Assembly (NCBI RefSeq): GCF_009914755.1
Contig: NC_060926.1
Length of the DNA: 64,000 bases
Strand: one strand, 5' to 3'
DNA from: the human T2T-CHM13v2.0 reference genome, Homo sapiens
The position numbers were made by a program, and so were the translations under genes. This document shows, in pieces, positions 44,126 to 58,470 of the stretch (its first letter is position 1; every line of letters starts with the position of its first letter). The notes beneath the pieces were generated by a model. That model had not been told where the DNA came from, did no database searches, and worked only from the letters and a program-made list of their open reading frames with translations.

Positions 44126-45933
44126 TGAAAGGATGCTTAAAAGTCTAGGTTTGAACTCAAGCTTTCATAGGTCATTAAAACAATGTTACTTGTAAAAATG
44201 CTTGCTTTTAGGCATTCAGCTATGTGCAAACAGCTAAATGCAGAATAAAGTTGTTTTTCCTGTGAAGAGGTCATTGTTCTATTATTCTATTTTACTTGTT
44301 GATGCTCCAAAGATTATTTTTTCTAACTGCCTATTGTTCTATTACCAGCATTTATTAAAAGGGCTTTGTTATATATAAAAACTGCCTTTGTTTTGGTGCC
44401 AGTGAAAACATTTGTGTAGATCTAAGAACATTTGCTTTTCACAAGGTTTGAGAAAAGTGGAGTATTCTTTTTTGAATGGCCCATTACTTTATGAGAGAAT
44501 TATTTCCATCTTGATTTTTCTCTTTGAGAACTCAAAGTGATATGTTTGCTGTAATAAATTGGAGCAAGAAGTCAGAAGAAAAGATTTTATCCTTTTTAGT
44601 AAAACAGAATCACTTTAGAGTTTAAATGCAGAATTAAGCAAAGAGTAGGAAATATCAAATTATCTCAGATCCAGTGTCCTTTTAATTTAGAACATTTATT
44701 GTCTAAGTGCACATTTGGAAGCGGATTCAGGCAACGTGCTCTTACATGATTTGAATGGAGGCAGAATTCTAACATTTTAAAGATGGCATTAAGGTGGTCT
44801 TTATTTCCTCCAAATTGCTGCCTGCCCTGAATTTGTTTTTCTGCTAGCATTTCTAATCTCCAAAGCTATAGGTTAAAAAAGGGTGGTGGGTAGAGGGCGG
44901 GGAGCTTTGAATGGGTTGGAGAAGTAATCTGCTACTTTTAGCTCTCTCTTTTCAGTTTCAAAATCTGTGTCTCTGTTTCCAGTGGAGATGCTACGTGTAT
45001 CCCTAAGGATGCCAAAGGAATTTTCCAGTCAATAAATGTTGTCTCTGTTGTATACAGGGATAAACCAGACTATGAAGAAGAGATGTGTAGGATTCAGAAC
45101 AGAACTGGACATTCTGATACTTGATTGGGTGCCAGTTTCTGTTTTTATTACTCACCACACTCTGATCCTCTGCCTATCCAAAAGGAGCATCTTGAGGGTC
45201 CATTGCGGTGGAATAGAAGCACCTATATCCACATGAATTGAGTACTAAAAATCCTGTGTTTGGGGCTTATGAAGTATTTTTAAAATCAGTCCTGATTTTA
45301 GTGTTGCAGAAGGAAAATTACACACACATGGATTGGTCTAAAAAGCAAAGTTTTGGGTCTGTCCATGTTCCTTATGTCACTCCAATTGCCTCCATTTTGA
45401 ATGGTTGAAATGGATGATCTCCTTGCTCAGCTATTTTACATCATATGGTATATGTAAGACTGTGCCTTAACAAAAAAGATTTAGCTACTTGTATGACTTC
45501 ATCTAAAATATTATTTAAGGCAACATGATAAATATTTATGATAATGTTAATTGAAAAAGAAAGCAGATGTTGTATAACGATTACAACAGAATAACTGTAT
45601 GAAATTAGGTGGAGAGCGAAGGAAAATGAAAACTATTTTGTGCTTGATTTGAGTGATTATAGAAGTTTTTCTCTTAAAAATAGAACTTTTATTGTTTTTA
45701 AGAATAAAAAAAGAATTCCAATATATATAACCATTTGAATTAGATAATTCTGAATAATTCAGGTTATCAGAATTTTCCTGTCTCTTTCACTCCTGCATCT
45801 CCATTCCCTAGTGTAGGGTCTGGCACACAGAAGTTTTGCCAATGTTTGTTATATGAATTAATTCAAGTAAAATAATTATGGATCATTTGTGAATTTGGAG
45901 TGACTGCCTCAGTGGTTGATCTGATTTTCATAA

Positions 45934-46248
<315 letters not shown>

Positions 46249-46960
46249 CTGTCCTCACTGGGCCTGTCCACAGTGCGAGCGACTCCTGAGGGGAACAGCG
46301 CGGAGTTCAGGAGTCCAAGCACAAAGCGGTCTTTTACATTCCAACCTGTTGCCTGCCAGCCCTTTCTGGATTACTGATAGAAAATCATGCAAAACCTCCC
46401 AACCTTTCTAAGGACAAGACTACTGTGGATTCAAGTGCTTTAATGACTATTTATGCGTTGACTGTGAGAATAGGGAGCAGTGCCATGGGACATTTCTAGG
46501 TGTAGAGAAAGAAGAAACTGCAATGGAAAAATTTGTATGATTTCCATTTATTTCAGAAAGTTTGTATGTAACAATTACCCGAGAGTCATTTCTACTTGCA
46601 AAAGGATTCGTAACAAAGCGAGTATAATTTTCTTGTCATTGTATCATGCTTGTTAAATTTTAATGCAGCATCTTCAGAACTTGTCCTGATGGTGTCTTAT
46701 TGTGTCAGCACCAAATATTTGTGCATTATTTGTGGACGTTCCTTGTCACAGGAAGATTCTTCTTCTGTTGCCTTATTGTTTTTTTTTTTTTAAGTCTCTT
46801 CTCTGTCTTTGTACTGGAATCGAAATCATAAGATAAACAGATCAAACGTGCTTAAGAGCTAACTCGTGACACTATGCAGTATTGTTTGAAGACCTGTTGT
46901 TCAACCTCTGTCTCTTTATGTTAACTGGATTTCTGCATTAAATGACTGCCCCCTTGTTAA
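46249..46960 (+). other. TMEM178A: TMEM178A 3'UTR (end approximate)
   Basis: Repeat-free sequence after the stop codon, ending ~18 nt after ATTAAA. Confidence 0.7.
46937..46942 (+). terminator. Polyadenylation signal ATTAAA
   Basis: ATTAAA followed ~20 nt later by a GU/U-rich tract (tctgggtgtgttttcctatgtctttt). Confidence 0.7.
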
Positions 46961-47317
46961 TCTGGGTGTGTTTTCCTATGTCTTTTAGCTGTGTCAACAG
47001 GTCTCCCTAGCCATAAGGACAGAGGAAAACTCTGTTGTTTTAATAAGACTCTTATTAAGACTTAATAATTGCTTCATTTCAATTAGGTTGGGCATTATTA
47101 TCTTTTGTAGCAACCACACACTTGCTATTGACAAAAGATGTCATTTTCAAACTTGTTTTTAAACCTTCCTATACTATTTACAATTTTCTTCTTCTCCTTC
47201 TCTTTTTCTCTCATTTTCCCCTCTCTCTTCCTCTTCCTCCCCTGTTTACCATCTGCCTGGTATGTATCCAGTCATAAGGATACATGGTCTCTGTTTTTGT
47301 TCTTGGACCTCCTAAAG

Positions 47318-47492
47318 CAGCGATTTTCAACCTTGGCTGCTCAGAGTCACCTGGTGAGGTCTTCAGCTGTACCTAAACAGGGCCTCACCCCAGACCAATT
47401 AACTCAGAATATCCACAGCTGGGCCTAGGCTTGAGCATTTTTGTAAAAACATCCCAGATGATTCTGATACACAGCTGTGATTGAGAGCCACT
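47318..47492. mobile_element. MER5-family DNA transposon
   Basis: cagcgattttcaaccttggctgc...agtcacctgg...gatgattctgatac...ttgagagccact. Confidence 0.75.
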
Positions 47493-50400
47493 CATTTGGG
47501 CCAGAACCGTGGTTATCTCCTTAGCTACTAACAAAGCGAACTCACTTATTTAGCACTTACTATGTGCCAGTAACTGGGCTGTGGTGTTATTTCACTTAAT
47601 CCTCTCCAAAGCTCTATGAGGTAAGTGCTGTTATTTTATGTTACTCATAAGCTGAGGATCAGACTCAAAACATTTGCTTCATTTTTTTTTCTCGATCCTT
47701 TTTCTCTGTGTGGGTTTGGGACAACAGTTAAAATTCTTCCGTTGTGTTTGCTTATCTTTCAGCGGAGGGTGGGGCACTCGCCGACTTCTAAGCTTTTCCT
47801 TTTAACTCCAACCCTTGTTCCCGATTCTACACACAATGTAGGATAAAGACAGCTTGTAAAATAGAAGACGCCATTCCAGAATATGCTGTTTCAGATTTTG
47901 ATTTCATAAAAGATTCTTTTCTTTCTTCTTTATAAAAACTGATTTAGTCCTCATAAAAGGAAAATGATCATCTACTCCCAAAGGATAGAGTCTGATTTCC
48001 AAGTGATGGTGTCCACATATTGTCATGTAAGGGCCGAAAGGGGTTGGAGGATGCCGGCGACCACACCAGCTTTGGCTCCGTGGCTCCAGGCACAGCACAG
48101 GCTCATGAGTGTATTCACTGGCACTCTCTCAGGCCTTTTAATATACTGGTCCCTCTGGATGAGATCAGAGACGTATAGAAAGGGTCAATTATTTTCAAAG
48201 CAGGAGAGCTCTTTCTTTGAAGTCTTCTTTAAAGATCCCCATAGAAGATGTCAAGACTCTTGGACATTTATATTCCAACCAACAAAGCAGTGTCTGAGTG
48301 AGTAACTTTTGAAGTTTCAGAGAAGTTTCCTAGGGGTTTGAGGTGAGAGTGGAAGAAAGCCTCGCGGTAGCAGGAGGTTGAAGGGTTCACACACCAGAAA
48401 GATTTGCCTCGAAGCCAGGGGAGTTCACTTAGGATTCAAACGAGTGCTGGCAAGGACTGAGGCTCCCTGCCTTCCAGCCAAAGTGAGCTCGAAGCAACCA
48501 ACGTGCCAGGCCAAGGTTCCTCGCTTTCTACTTACTGTCACGCAAGTGTGGGCAAATGTTGCCAGTGCTGGGCATTTGGCCCTGAGTCCTTGGGCTTCTC
48601 TTAGGAGTTTTTTCTTAACTGGCTTGTGAATGAAGAATGATTGAAATGATTGCACAGTACTGTGCAGGACAGAATAATTTATTGAAATCCTTTGTTCTAT
48701 GTTCTCTCTGTCCCACACACCCCCCTTTTTAACAGACTTGTCCTTGGTTTATTTGCTGTATTAGAACCAGTGTTGTCCATTCTCGGGGAAGCCTCCCTCA
48801 TCTTTCAAGGACTACCATGGACCCTCGATAATCGAGATTTCCCAGGATATGGGAAACCTCCACAGAACATAATAGCCCCCATAACATTTCTTATATAGTC
48901 AACAAATATTTACTGAATGGCTATTATGTGCTCACATTCTAGCACTTGGGAAACATTAATGAAGCAAAACAGACAAAGGTTTTTGCCCTGGTAAAGCTTA
49001 TGTTCTAGAAAAATGCAGTGAAGGACATAGTGAAAAAAATTAAGCTTACTCTTTTTGGCCCTAAATTGTTTTGTAAGTCCAGGGTTAAAGTTATTCAATT
49101 ACTAAAATAAGTTTCTTTTAAATTACATTCCCATTGGCTGTGCATTTCATACTTCACAACATTCTCATTATTTGAATCTAGCCCTGGCAAGTTAAAAAAA
49201 TACTAACTTTTTGCAAGGGCCGGGTGGGGGGTGCCTCTTAAAGATTTCTTATTCGAAATTGAAGTCTGAGAATGACAAAAGTGTGCCCCCACAAGTGAGC
49301 TAGAGGGAATAAAAACCTGGGAACCCGGGACTCAGGTGAATGGGGGCCCACGAGCTCAAAATATACCACCTGATGGAGGCTGGTGCAGGTGGGATACTCA
49401 CACTGCCTAGGCAACCACCCACTCCAGATCTTTGCTCAGGCTCTTTCCTCTGCTGGGGACACCCCCTCCTCTGCCTGGCTTATTCTGACTTTTCCTTGTG
49501 TCTCAGCTTCTACACAACACTCCCGGACACCTTCCTCAAACATGCTGCATTGCTTCAAATCCTTTCCTGACCAGTTACGCTCCGCACATGAATTGCCTGG
49601 CAACCCATAACCAGATCATAGACTCTTTCAAGGAGGAATCTGTGCCTTGTCCCGGTGCTCAGCCCACCCAGTGCCTGGTAGACCGTAGGTGCTCTTAAAT
49701 CTTTGTGGAATCAATACATGGATTCAGAGTCATAGATAAACTCTTTTCTTCCCTGGACAGAGCTGACTCCCTTAGCACCAATTTTAGGGAGCCCATAAAA
49801 AATGTACAGTCGTGTGATGAGGCTAAATGGAAAGAGAATATAGCTTGGCAAGCAAGGAAACCTCATTAGAATAATTAAAGGGACTATTAACCCAAACCAA
49901 CCTAGACGTAACTTAAAATGTGTTATGAACTACTGTGGAACATTTATTTGATGGCTCAAACATTAAGTTAGTAACCTCAATATGGTTCTACACCTCAATT
50001 TAAAGCGTTCTCATTTATGTGCATGTGTGTTTCAAATCCCTAATTGGAATTCTGAAAGGAATGCTTCAGAAATGACTTCCTTTGAATGCAAATAGCTATC
50101 CTGACGAAGAACACATTTAAATTGCATATGAATTTCTCTGGGGCCTTGCCCTTTGACTGGAAGAAGAGGAAGTTTTCTGTGCTGCATGCAGGACAACCAC
50201 AAATGCTTGAAGATGCTCAGGGCACCCAGTTGCATACTGGGAACTTGGCTATGCAATACATATTCCTCTTAATATGCAACCTGTGTTTTGCCAGGCATCA
50301 AAGCAAGATTTCTAATTGTCCTAAAACATTAGAATATGTCTGCCTGGAGCCCCTGTAAGAGGAAAACAGATTGGCTGGCTATAAAAGAAGATAGCATTTT

Positions 50401-50499
50401 TTCTGTTTTTATTTCCAATTTTTTTCTCCCCTTCAGCATTCACTATAAAATACTGCCTGCTACTATAAGGTCTGGCTATGCTTGGTTTCTCTTAGGTCT

Positions 50500-50981
50500 C
50501 TAAGTGAATGTTTTGCAGAGAGGAAGGAGACAGGACCATGGGTCTAGAGCAGAAAGAACAAGGGAAGAGTGGTGCAGGTGAGGTTGCCAAGGTAGGCAGA
50601 GGCTTGCTGGTCACAGTAAAGAGTTTGGGTTTTACTCTGGTAATTGAAAACAAACGGCCTAAAAAAGGATAATGATGTGATCTGATTTCCACTTTAGGAC
50701 TATCAGTTGGCCAGGTGTGGTGGATCACACCTGTCATTCCGGTGTTTTGGAAGGCTGAGGCTGGAGGATCTCTTGAGTCCAGGTATTCAAGACCAGGCTG
50801 GGCAAATAGAGCCTGTCTCTATAAAAACATTTTTAAAATTAGCCAAGTGTGGTGGTACATGCCTGTAGGCTTAGCTACTCGGCAGGCTGGGGCAGGAGGA
50901 TTGCTTGAGTCTAGAAGCTATTGAGCTATTATCACACCACTGCACTGCACTCCAGCCTGGGTGACAGAGTGAGACCAGTCT

Positions 50982-51015
<34 letters not shown>

Positions 51016-51260
51016 GTGTTGCCACTGCTGCTGGATGGAGAATGGATTTAAAGAGGCACCACTAGAGGAGAAGAACCCAGTTAGGAAGGAGGAAGTTGCA
51101 TAGGAACCCAGGAGACAAAATTGTGCCTGGATGGAGAGGGTGGTGATGAAAATGCACAGGAGTAGGTGGACATATTTTAGAGATGGAATTGATTTGCTGG
51201 TAAGTTACATGGCGGTGGGGAAACAAGGGAAGTTAAGGATGACACCTAAAGAATTTGTAG
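50500..51260 (-). mobile_element. L2 fragment interrupted by an Alu
   Basis: aaagagtttgggttttactct...tgtgatctgattt, resuming ctgctggatggagaatggatt...gttaaggatgacacc. Confidence 0.65.
50709..51012 (+). mobile_element. AluJ-like with long poly(A)
   Basis: ggccaggtgtggtgg...ggaggattgcttgag...ccagcctgggtgacagagtgagacc followed by A30. Confidence 0.93.
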
Positions 51261-54200
51261 AGTTAGGTTAATTACTAAGGGAACTGCTTCTTGTATCAAA
51301 AAGGAGATACAATAATTTGGGGAAAAGGGGAAAAAGAAAAAACTGCTAAGTTTTATGGTTAACTCAGCGTTATACAGGATAGCGTTTATTTAATGGAGAC
51401 TGGAATTGAAAACTGTAGTTGAGAAAATATCAATGGCCCAAATGCTCCTTCTTGCTAACTGACCCAGCTGCCAGCCGATTCCTCTCTGATTTCCAGTTGT
51501 TTTCCAGAAGTTGTGCATCTAAGACCTGAAGATAGTATTCAGTTTAAGTGTGAACTTGATCAATTAGTGGTGGCTGGGAAGATTTCAGTCCAGGCACAAA
51601 GGGGAAAGATGTAGTGTTTGTGAATGAATGGGAAAGGCAGATGTCACATACTGGCCAACCCCAGTTTAAATCACAGCAGATAGACTATTGGTCTGCTTCA
51701 GGTAAGCATTTCCCTTTTTTGGAGCTCACTAAGAAATTCTGAGAATAAACTCCCACATCTTAGGGCTGATGTTCCTAATGAACAGACCATTGTCCCAGTG
51801 AAGTGCTTATCCTGGTTGGCCCAGAGTCTGACCAGGCCACTGCCTTGAGTGTGGGTGTGAGGATGGATGAACTGTACCCTCAAGTTCATCAGCAAGTGTT
51901 CTAAATCAGGACCTTAGAGGTAAATTCCCTCAATATCTGGCTAACTGTGAAGTGGCATCCTCTGGGGATTCTGGAAAGGGCATGGAAACCTTGCTATAGC
52001 AAGGGTGCACGGAGGCTCCGCTGGATCCTACACAAAGGGCCTGGGCTCCCTTGACTTGCTCCCAGAACGCAATCACAGTTCAGGGCATTTCATTCTTTAA
52101 TCATAAAACACCTTTTATTTCCATCCTCATAGCTTTGCCTGTTAGGTTGATTGTGATGAACACATAAATACTTGCTTTAGAAACCTAGCCACGCCTGAAC
52201 TGAACTTCACTCAGCTGTGGCTTCAGTGGGCTTCAAATTCATTCCCCACAGGTAAAACACATTGCACTTATCATATTGCTTAAATCTGTTAATCACAAGA
52301 GTTTAAAATGAACTTAAAGACCTGAATAAATTGTTGAAGTTTTCTCATTTCTCCTCTAAGCCCTGATTTGCCATTTGTTAGTTCTGGACTCTGTTGGTTG
52401 CTCAAAAAATAAATAGATATATAAGTAAATAAATAAAGCACTTAATTAATTCTAAGAGGATGGCAGTGGAGCCATATTATTGTTAACTTTTAGGTCTCCT
52501 TCATTCTTGTAAGTACTAAACATAAATAAGAAGTGGCAGAGAAAGCTCGGATTCTCAAAAGCTTCTCCAGTGCTGTTTCTTGGCATTAATGAGACTGAGT
52601 CCCTGGGTGAGGGACTGCCTCAGTACCTCCTCAGTGACTGTGTCAGGCTGTGTCCTTTATAAACCATATCTTGTTACTATTTGCCCCTACTTTATGGGTA
52701 GAGAAGCCAAGGCTCACAGAGGTTGAGTAACCTTCCCTAAGATACTAGCCAAGATTTGGTTTCCAGCTTGCTCACTCCAAAATCCTTCCACCTTCCTGCA
52801 CAGCATCCACGTCAACTACCCAAGACCCAGCAGCATTTCCATAGTGCATTTCTAACCCTATCTGAGCCTACTGTCAACATGTTATACATCTAGATAGGTT
52901 CACATTCCCCTGCATTTTCCAAGGGTCCCTTTGGAAGTTACTGCTCTATAGTTTTTAAGCAAGCTTCTATATTTCTAAGCCAGAGCACACACTGCACTTT
53001 GTAATTCTGTAAAGAATGCCAGACCTATTTTTGTAAGCACAGAATCTCTCCTTACGTGACTGACCTTCAAGAGACCCTGTAGCTTGCAGTAGCCTAAAGG
53101 TATGACAGCAATTTTAATTACCTTCTTGGCACTTCCCCCACAGAACATTATGAGAAATTCCCGTGTTACTAGGGCTGCTCAAAGATCTCTATTTAAGTGG
53201 GTATGTCCTCCTTACTTTGTCCTGTGACAGCATCCCTGACGGCATTTTTTAAATTATTAGATGAAAGTAATTATTTCAAAAAAAAAAAAGAGGCTATCTA
53301 GCCTTACGGTTAGAGGTAGGATAGCAACTCAAAGACTCATGAATTTCCGTCCTTTCTCCCTGACTGTCTTGATGTGTGGCCCTGCAAGAATGCTGGTAAT
53401 AACCACACATTTAAGAAGCCTGAAAATCACTTTGAACACCTCTACAAACTTTTATTTCCTTTATCCAAGTTGAATGTGAACTAATTTAAAAAACATAACA
53501 TATTAAGTTACACTAACAATAAAATAAAACCATCTGATGTGGAGTCAAAACAAGGAAACCTTCCAAATTTTTTTATTATATCTCAAGGAAAGTACAGTAC
53601 TTCATTTCGTATTTTCCCTTTGAGAGACTGGTCGCTGTGCAGTGACTTAGAAAACACCCCATAACCAAACCAAAACAAACCTCAAGACAGCCTCGGAGGC
53701 ATATGGAAACTATAATGGTCATCTCTCTTTGACAGCAGAGGAACAGAGACTCAGAGCATTAACCCAAGATCTCTCAGCCAGTCTCTGGCAGAAGGTTCAC
53801 CTCCCCAGCAAAAAAGCGAGGTAGATTTTGAGGTCAGCATGTCCAAGTATCTATATTCCTGCAAACATGTCGAGCAGCCTCTACTTTACAGGACTCTGTG
53901 GTGACGATGGTAAATCGCTATCATGCCAACATGTTTCTCAAATAAACTGGACTTGGGAATTGAAATTAAACCAACTGTGAAAGGTAATCTGGGGGAGATG
54001 ACGCATGTGATTAATACAGTATTGACTCAAGGGATGAACCAGTTCTTAAACAAAGAATTCTCCAAATAAAGTAACAGTTTAAAGAGTGTTCACAGGAGTA
54101 GGGGAATGGTTTTCAAGAGAAGTGAAATGAAGATGAGGAAAGACCGAGGGTGAGCTAGAGGGACAGCCATGTAGAGCCATGCGGGGTGGGACGGGTGAGT

Positions 54201-54924
54201 GGCCCTCAGAACCCTATCCCAAACACCCCTACAAAACCAGTTCCTTTGAGGAGCCAGATGAGTAAGAATACAATGAGTTAAGAGGAAATTCAGTACAATT
54301 TCATTATTCTTTAAAGCAATTAGCCTGTGGGTCTGCGATACGCCTACATAATCAAGAAAGGTGTCAGAAAATGTCAAGCTTTTACCTAGTAACGATTGAG
54401 GAGCTGGTTCTGTGTTGCACGATTCCATACATTCCAATATCACAAAGGAAGAAAAAAATCTTCCTTCAGGGAAAGACAATTTGTTCTTGTTTCCTTTTGA
54501 CAATGGAATGCATGGATTTGGTCAATGCGGGGGAAACTTGGTTCAGCATTCTGGACTTTTATGGCTGTGTTCACTTGGTTGGCAGATGACCATGAAAAGT
54601 AACTTGTTTGGGATGTCAGTGGGTGTGGAGGAAATGCCAGTAAATGTGTGTTGAAGGAATGAGGGAATAAATGAATGACGCATCACTAAGATGGTGATCC
54701 CTGGTCTGTGAAGCCGACTTGCTGCCTCACAGCCTCTATTTCTCAAGGTTACTTTTCTTTTATTGTTCTCAGGCCTAACATACGATTGTAGACTCAAACT
54801 CTTTGTGTCACTTTAGGAGCAGGTCCACCGTGGCAAAATGGTTCTAGGGCCTCGGCAAAAATAGGGACATCTCAATACTGTGGAACAAAGACACATGTGG
54901 TCAAATGAATGACCAGTTGTGTTC

Positions 54925-55570
54925 ACTTGCTCATTCATGTGTTCTTTGATTTGTCACATCTCTATAGAGCACCTAGTATGTGCCAGAGACTGATTTAAGT
55001 GCAGGGAATACATAGTGAATAAATCAAAGCTGCTGCCTTCAAAAAGCTGCCATTGTAAGGTGACAAAGGAAAAAAGTAAAAAATCTTCCTTCAGGGAAAG
55101 ATAATTTGTTCTTTTTTCCTTTGTGTCTGTCTCAGAGAGACAGACAGTAATAAAACAGGGCTTGTGCAGTAGGTGGTGGTGATATGTGCTATGAACGAAA
55201 AATGAGGTGGCTAGGAGAATAGAGTGCTAAAGGTGAGGGGATGGCCAGTTTAGGGAAGCTGGCGTTGGCCTCTCTGATAAGAAAACATTTGCACAGAGAG
55301 CCTGAGCAATGCAGGTGTCCTGAGGAATGTCCAGGAAGGGTAGATAGCAGGTGCAGAGGCCTGGGATGGGAACAAGCTTTGCATGTGGCAGGGTCAGCAA
55401 AAGGTAGAATGAAAGTGAGAGTGTTGAGATGAAGTAAGAGGGAAACCAGGCTATCCAGCACCCTTTGAACACCTTTCCAATAAAACCCAAGACTTCGGGT
55501 TTCATTCTGAGTAAGATGGAAAGTCATTGGAGGATTTCAAACATAAGAGTGATAAAATCTGGCTTACAGA
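54925..55570 (-). mobile_element. L2 3' region
   Basis: ctcattcat...gagcacctagtatgtgccag...caggtgcagaggcctggg...ttcattctgagtaagatgg. Confidence 0.7.
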
Positions 55571-56564
55571 AAAACAGGCAAAATACCTTTGGCCCAGTGA
55601 ATGAATTGTCCTTGGTTTCCATGTTAATACCCAGAGGCCAGTACTGGGCGTTTAGGTCTATCTGGCAAAATATATGGTTAATGTGCCCATTCTTCCAAGG
55701 TGAAGTCAATCTCACAAAGTGTAGGATACCAAGGGCAAGAGTCACAAAAAGGCAGCTAGCAGGGTGACCAAAAAATGGTAGAAATAATGTGTAAGGGTTG
55801 GGGGTGGGTAAGGAAGGGCCCTGGAGTAATTGCTGTCATTTGTTTCATCTCGAGCAGGCAGTTTCTCACTGAAGAAACTTAATGAAAACTGACAATATTA
55901 AATGATTGTGGCATTCAGATGGCAAAATTACACTTCAAATCTCCTGACTCTCTTGAACATAATTCATGGAATTTAAGATAAAAAGCTGAGCTCTTCATGC
56001 ACGTTTTGAGTTGTTTCTTTAAATTTCCAACAATCCATAATTTTTCTCTCAAATGTTTTCCTCGACTCAGCTCATTTTTCTCTCTGCCGAGGTGTTCCAG
56101 AGAGTGGTTTCATCCCTCCATTTCCAAAGGTCAAGGATATTCCTCTATCTCAGAAGCCCGGACTTCTGGCTGGTATCCTCTTGCTCCTGCTCACATCCCT
56201 TTCAGATAGCTGTCACAGCAGCCATTCAGGCAGGGCCAGTTTACCAAGGAGCATTCCCAGAACCTGACATGGAGCAAGTACTCACTAACTGCCTGGTAGC
56301 TAAGTAAATAAAGAAGCAAATGAACAAATGAATAAATAACAAGATTTGAAAAGGCTACTAACACTATGGCAAAATATGAACATGCACTAAAAAAACTCAC
56401 CTGGATTTCTTAATTAGCAAGATTTCTCTAAGACTTTGCATCTCACCTAATTTTAGTCCAAGGGCTTTCTTGCATAGCTCTCTGAACCGACACATTTACT
56501 TAATATCTAAGTGAGCATTTCTTCTCAAACCTCAGTTTATTTTGAATCCCTGAGACTTAGCTTT

Positions 56565-57295
56565 TTTATTTTTTAATTATACTTTAAGTTCTAGGGTACA
56601 TGTGCACAATGTGCAGGTTCGTTACGTAGGTATACATGTGCCATGTTGGTTTGCTGCACCCATCAACTCATCATTTGCATTAGGTAATTCTCCTAATGCT
56701 ATCCCTCCCCCAGCCCCCCACCCCTCGACAGGCCCCGGTGTGTGATGTTCCCCACCCTGTGTCCAAGTGATCTAACTGTTCATTTCTCATCTCTGAGAAC
56801 ATGAGGTGTTTGGTTTTCTGTCCCTGTGACAGTTTGCTGAGAATGATGGTTTCCAGCTTCATCCATGTCCCTGCAAAGGACATGAACTCATCCTTTTTTA
56901 TGGCAGCATAGTATTCCATGGTGTATATGTGCCACATTTTCTTAATCCAGTCTATCATTGATGGACATTTGGGTTGGTTCCAAGTCTTTGCTATTGTGAA
57001 TAATGCCACAATAAACATATGTGTGCATGTGTCTTTATAGTAGCATGATTTATAATCCTTTGGGTATGTACCCAGTAATGGGATTGCTGGGTCAAATGGT
57101 AATTCTAGTTCTAGATCCTCCAGGAATCGCCACACTGACTTCCACAGTGGATGAACCAATTTACACTCCCACCAACAGTGTAAAAGCATTCCTATTTCTC
57201 CACATCCTCTCCAGAATCTGTTTCCTGACTTTTTAATGATTGCCATTCTAACTGGCGTGAGATGGTATCTCATTGTGGTTTTGATTTGCATTTCT
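56565..57295 (-). mobile_element. 5'-truncated L1PA (about PA4-PA6) with 15-bp TSD
   Basis: ORF 56680..57291 is the L1 ORF2p C-terminus ([21 protein letters not shown]...[11 protein letters not shown]...). TSD ctgagacttagcttt at 56550-56564 and 57296-57310. Confidence 0.96.
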
Positions 57296-58029
57296 CTGAG
57301 ACTTAGCTTTCTAGGTTACACAGGAAGTCGGTGTCTCCCTGGACAGCTGTCTGCTTCTTGAATGGTTTCCGAGTGTCCCTTTGATTCACTGTTCTCAGAT
57401 CTACAGGCATTTATTTATTCTCTCCTACCAGGAGCTAGTTCAATTTAGTTCAAAAAATATTAATTGTTCTTTTCTGGGCCACACTCTGTACCCTATTCTG
57501 GAGGAGGAAAAAATGCTATAAAATAGTACTCCATTTATTTGACATCCTCAAATTTTCATAAATTTTCAAAAACTTTATAGTTGTATGCATTTAATATTAA
57601 AGATATTTTAGCAGAGACTAAAATCATGATTTAATTCTGCAAAGTACACCGAGATCATTAGTACTGCTACCTCTTACGATCTACATCACTGTCACTCACT
57701 TCAAGTCAAGAAATGAATTTTTTTTTTTTAACCCATCGTTTGTTGCATTTTGGTCACAGAGTCCACCCCTACACGTTTTTTCTTTTCTCCTAAAGATGTA
57801 TGTAAGGCTTAGGCAGATGATGACAAAGACTGTATTATTCAAAATCTTTGGGAGGCCAAAACATTAAAAATGATTTTGGAGAGGGGTGCCAAATACTGAT
57901 AAAATAGACAACTAGAAAATATGGTAACAGAAAAAATGCAAAACATTTGGAGGGACTCCACTGAGAATGAGATGTGCAGAGCCTGCAGGGCAGGAGAGTG
58001 CTTCAGTAACCTTGGTGTGTGGCACAGCG

Positions 58030-58470
58030 CCCCCAGCTGCAATCAACAGAATAACTCTAGGTTGTTCGGCAGAAAAGGAATTCATTAAAAAAAAATTAGA
58101 ATGCTCAATAGGGCCAGAAAATTAATCTAGGGGACTACACAACCAGGAACACCATCCAAACCATACAACAAGATGGTAGTTTCAAAGATTCACTGCCACC
58201 CCTGCCGGGGATCCACACCATAGCTTGCACCATGGATATTGAACGCTGAATGCTGTCCTCTACCCCAGCTAGCCCCTGAGGCCAGATGCTTCTGCTGCCT
58301 CTCCCCCAGAAAGTGGATTCCATGGTGCCTGGTTCCTCCGCATAGCTCACATCTGAATCCAATTATCATATGTCAGTGTCTGGCCCCCATTCTACCTATA
58401 ATATAGGTCGGAAAAGCTGGTGTTCTGGTTTCTGCCTTGGAGAGGTGGGACTCAAACATTGGAAAATACG
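58030..58470 (-). mobile_element. Probable old MLT1-type LTR
   Basis: gctgcaatcaacagaataactctagg...aggaattcattaaaa, resembling an MLT1 3' end in reverse; highly diverged. Confidence 0.45.

Noticed and set aside
47039-47068. Short AT-rich palindromes (ttaataagactcttattaa; also ~32324-32355, ~43322-43339, ~45746-45773)
   Set aside because: Stems of 8-11 bp are expected by chance or slippage in 64 kb of AT-rich DNA.
56680-57291. 203-aa ORF as a host gene
   Set aside because: It is L1 ORF2p C-terminal sequence inside a TSD-flanked truncated L1.
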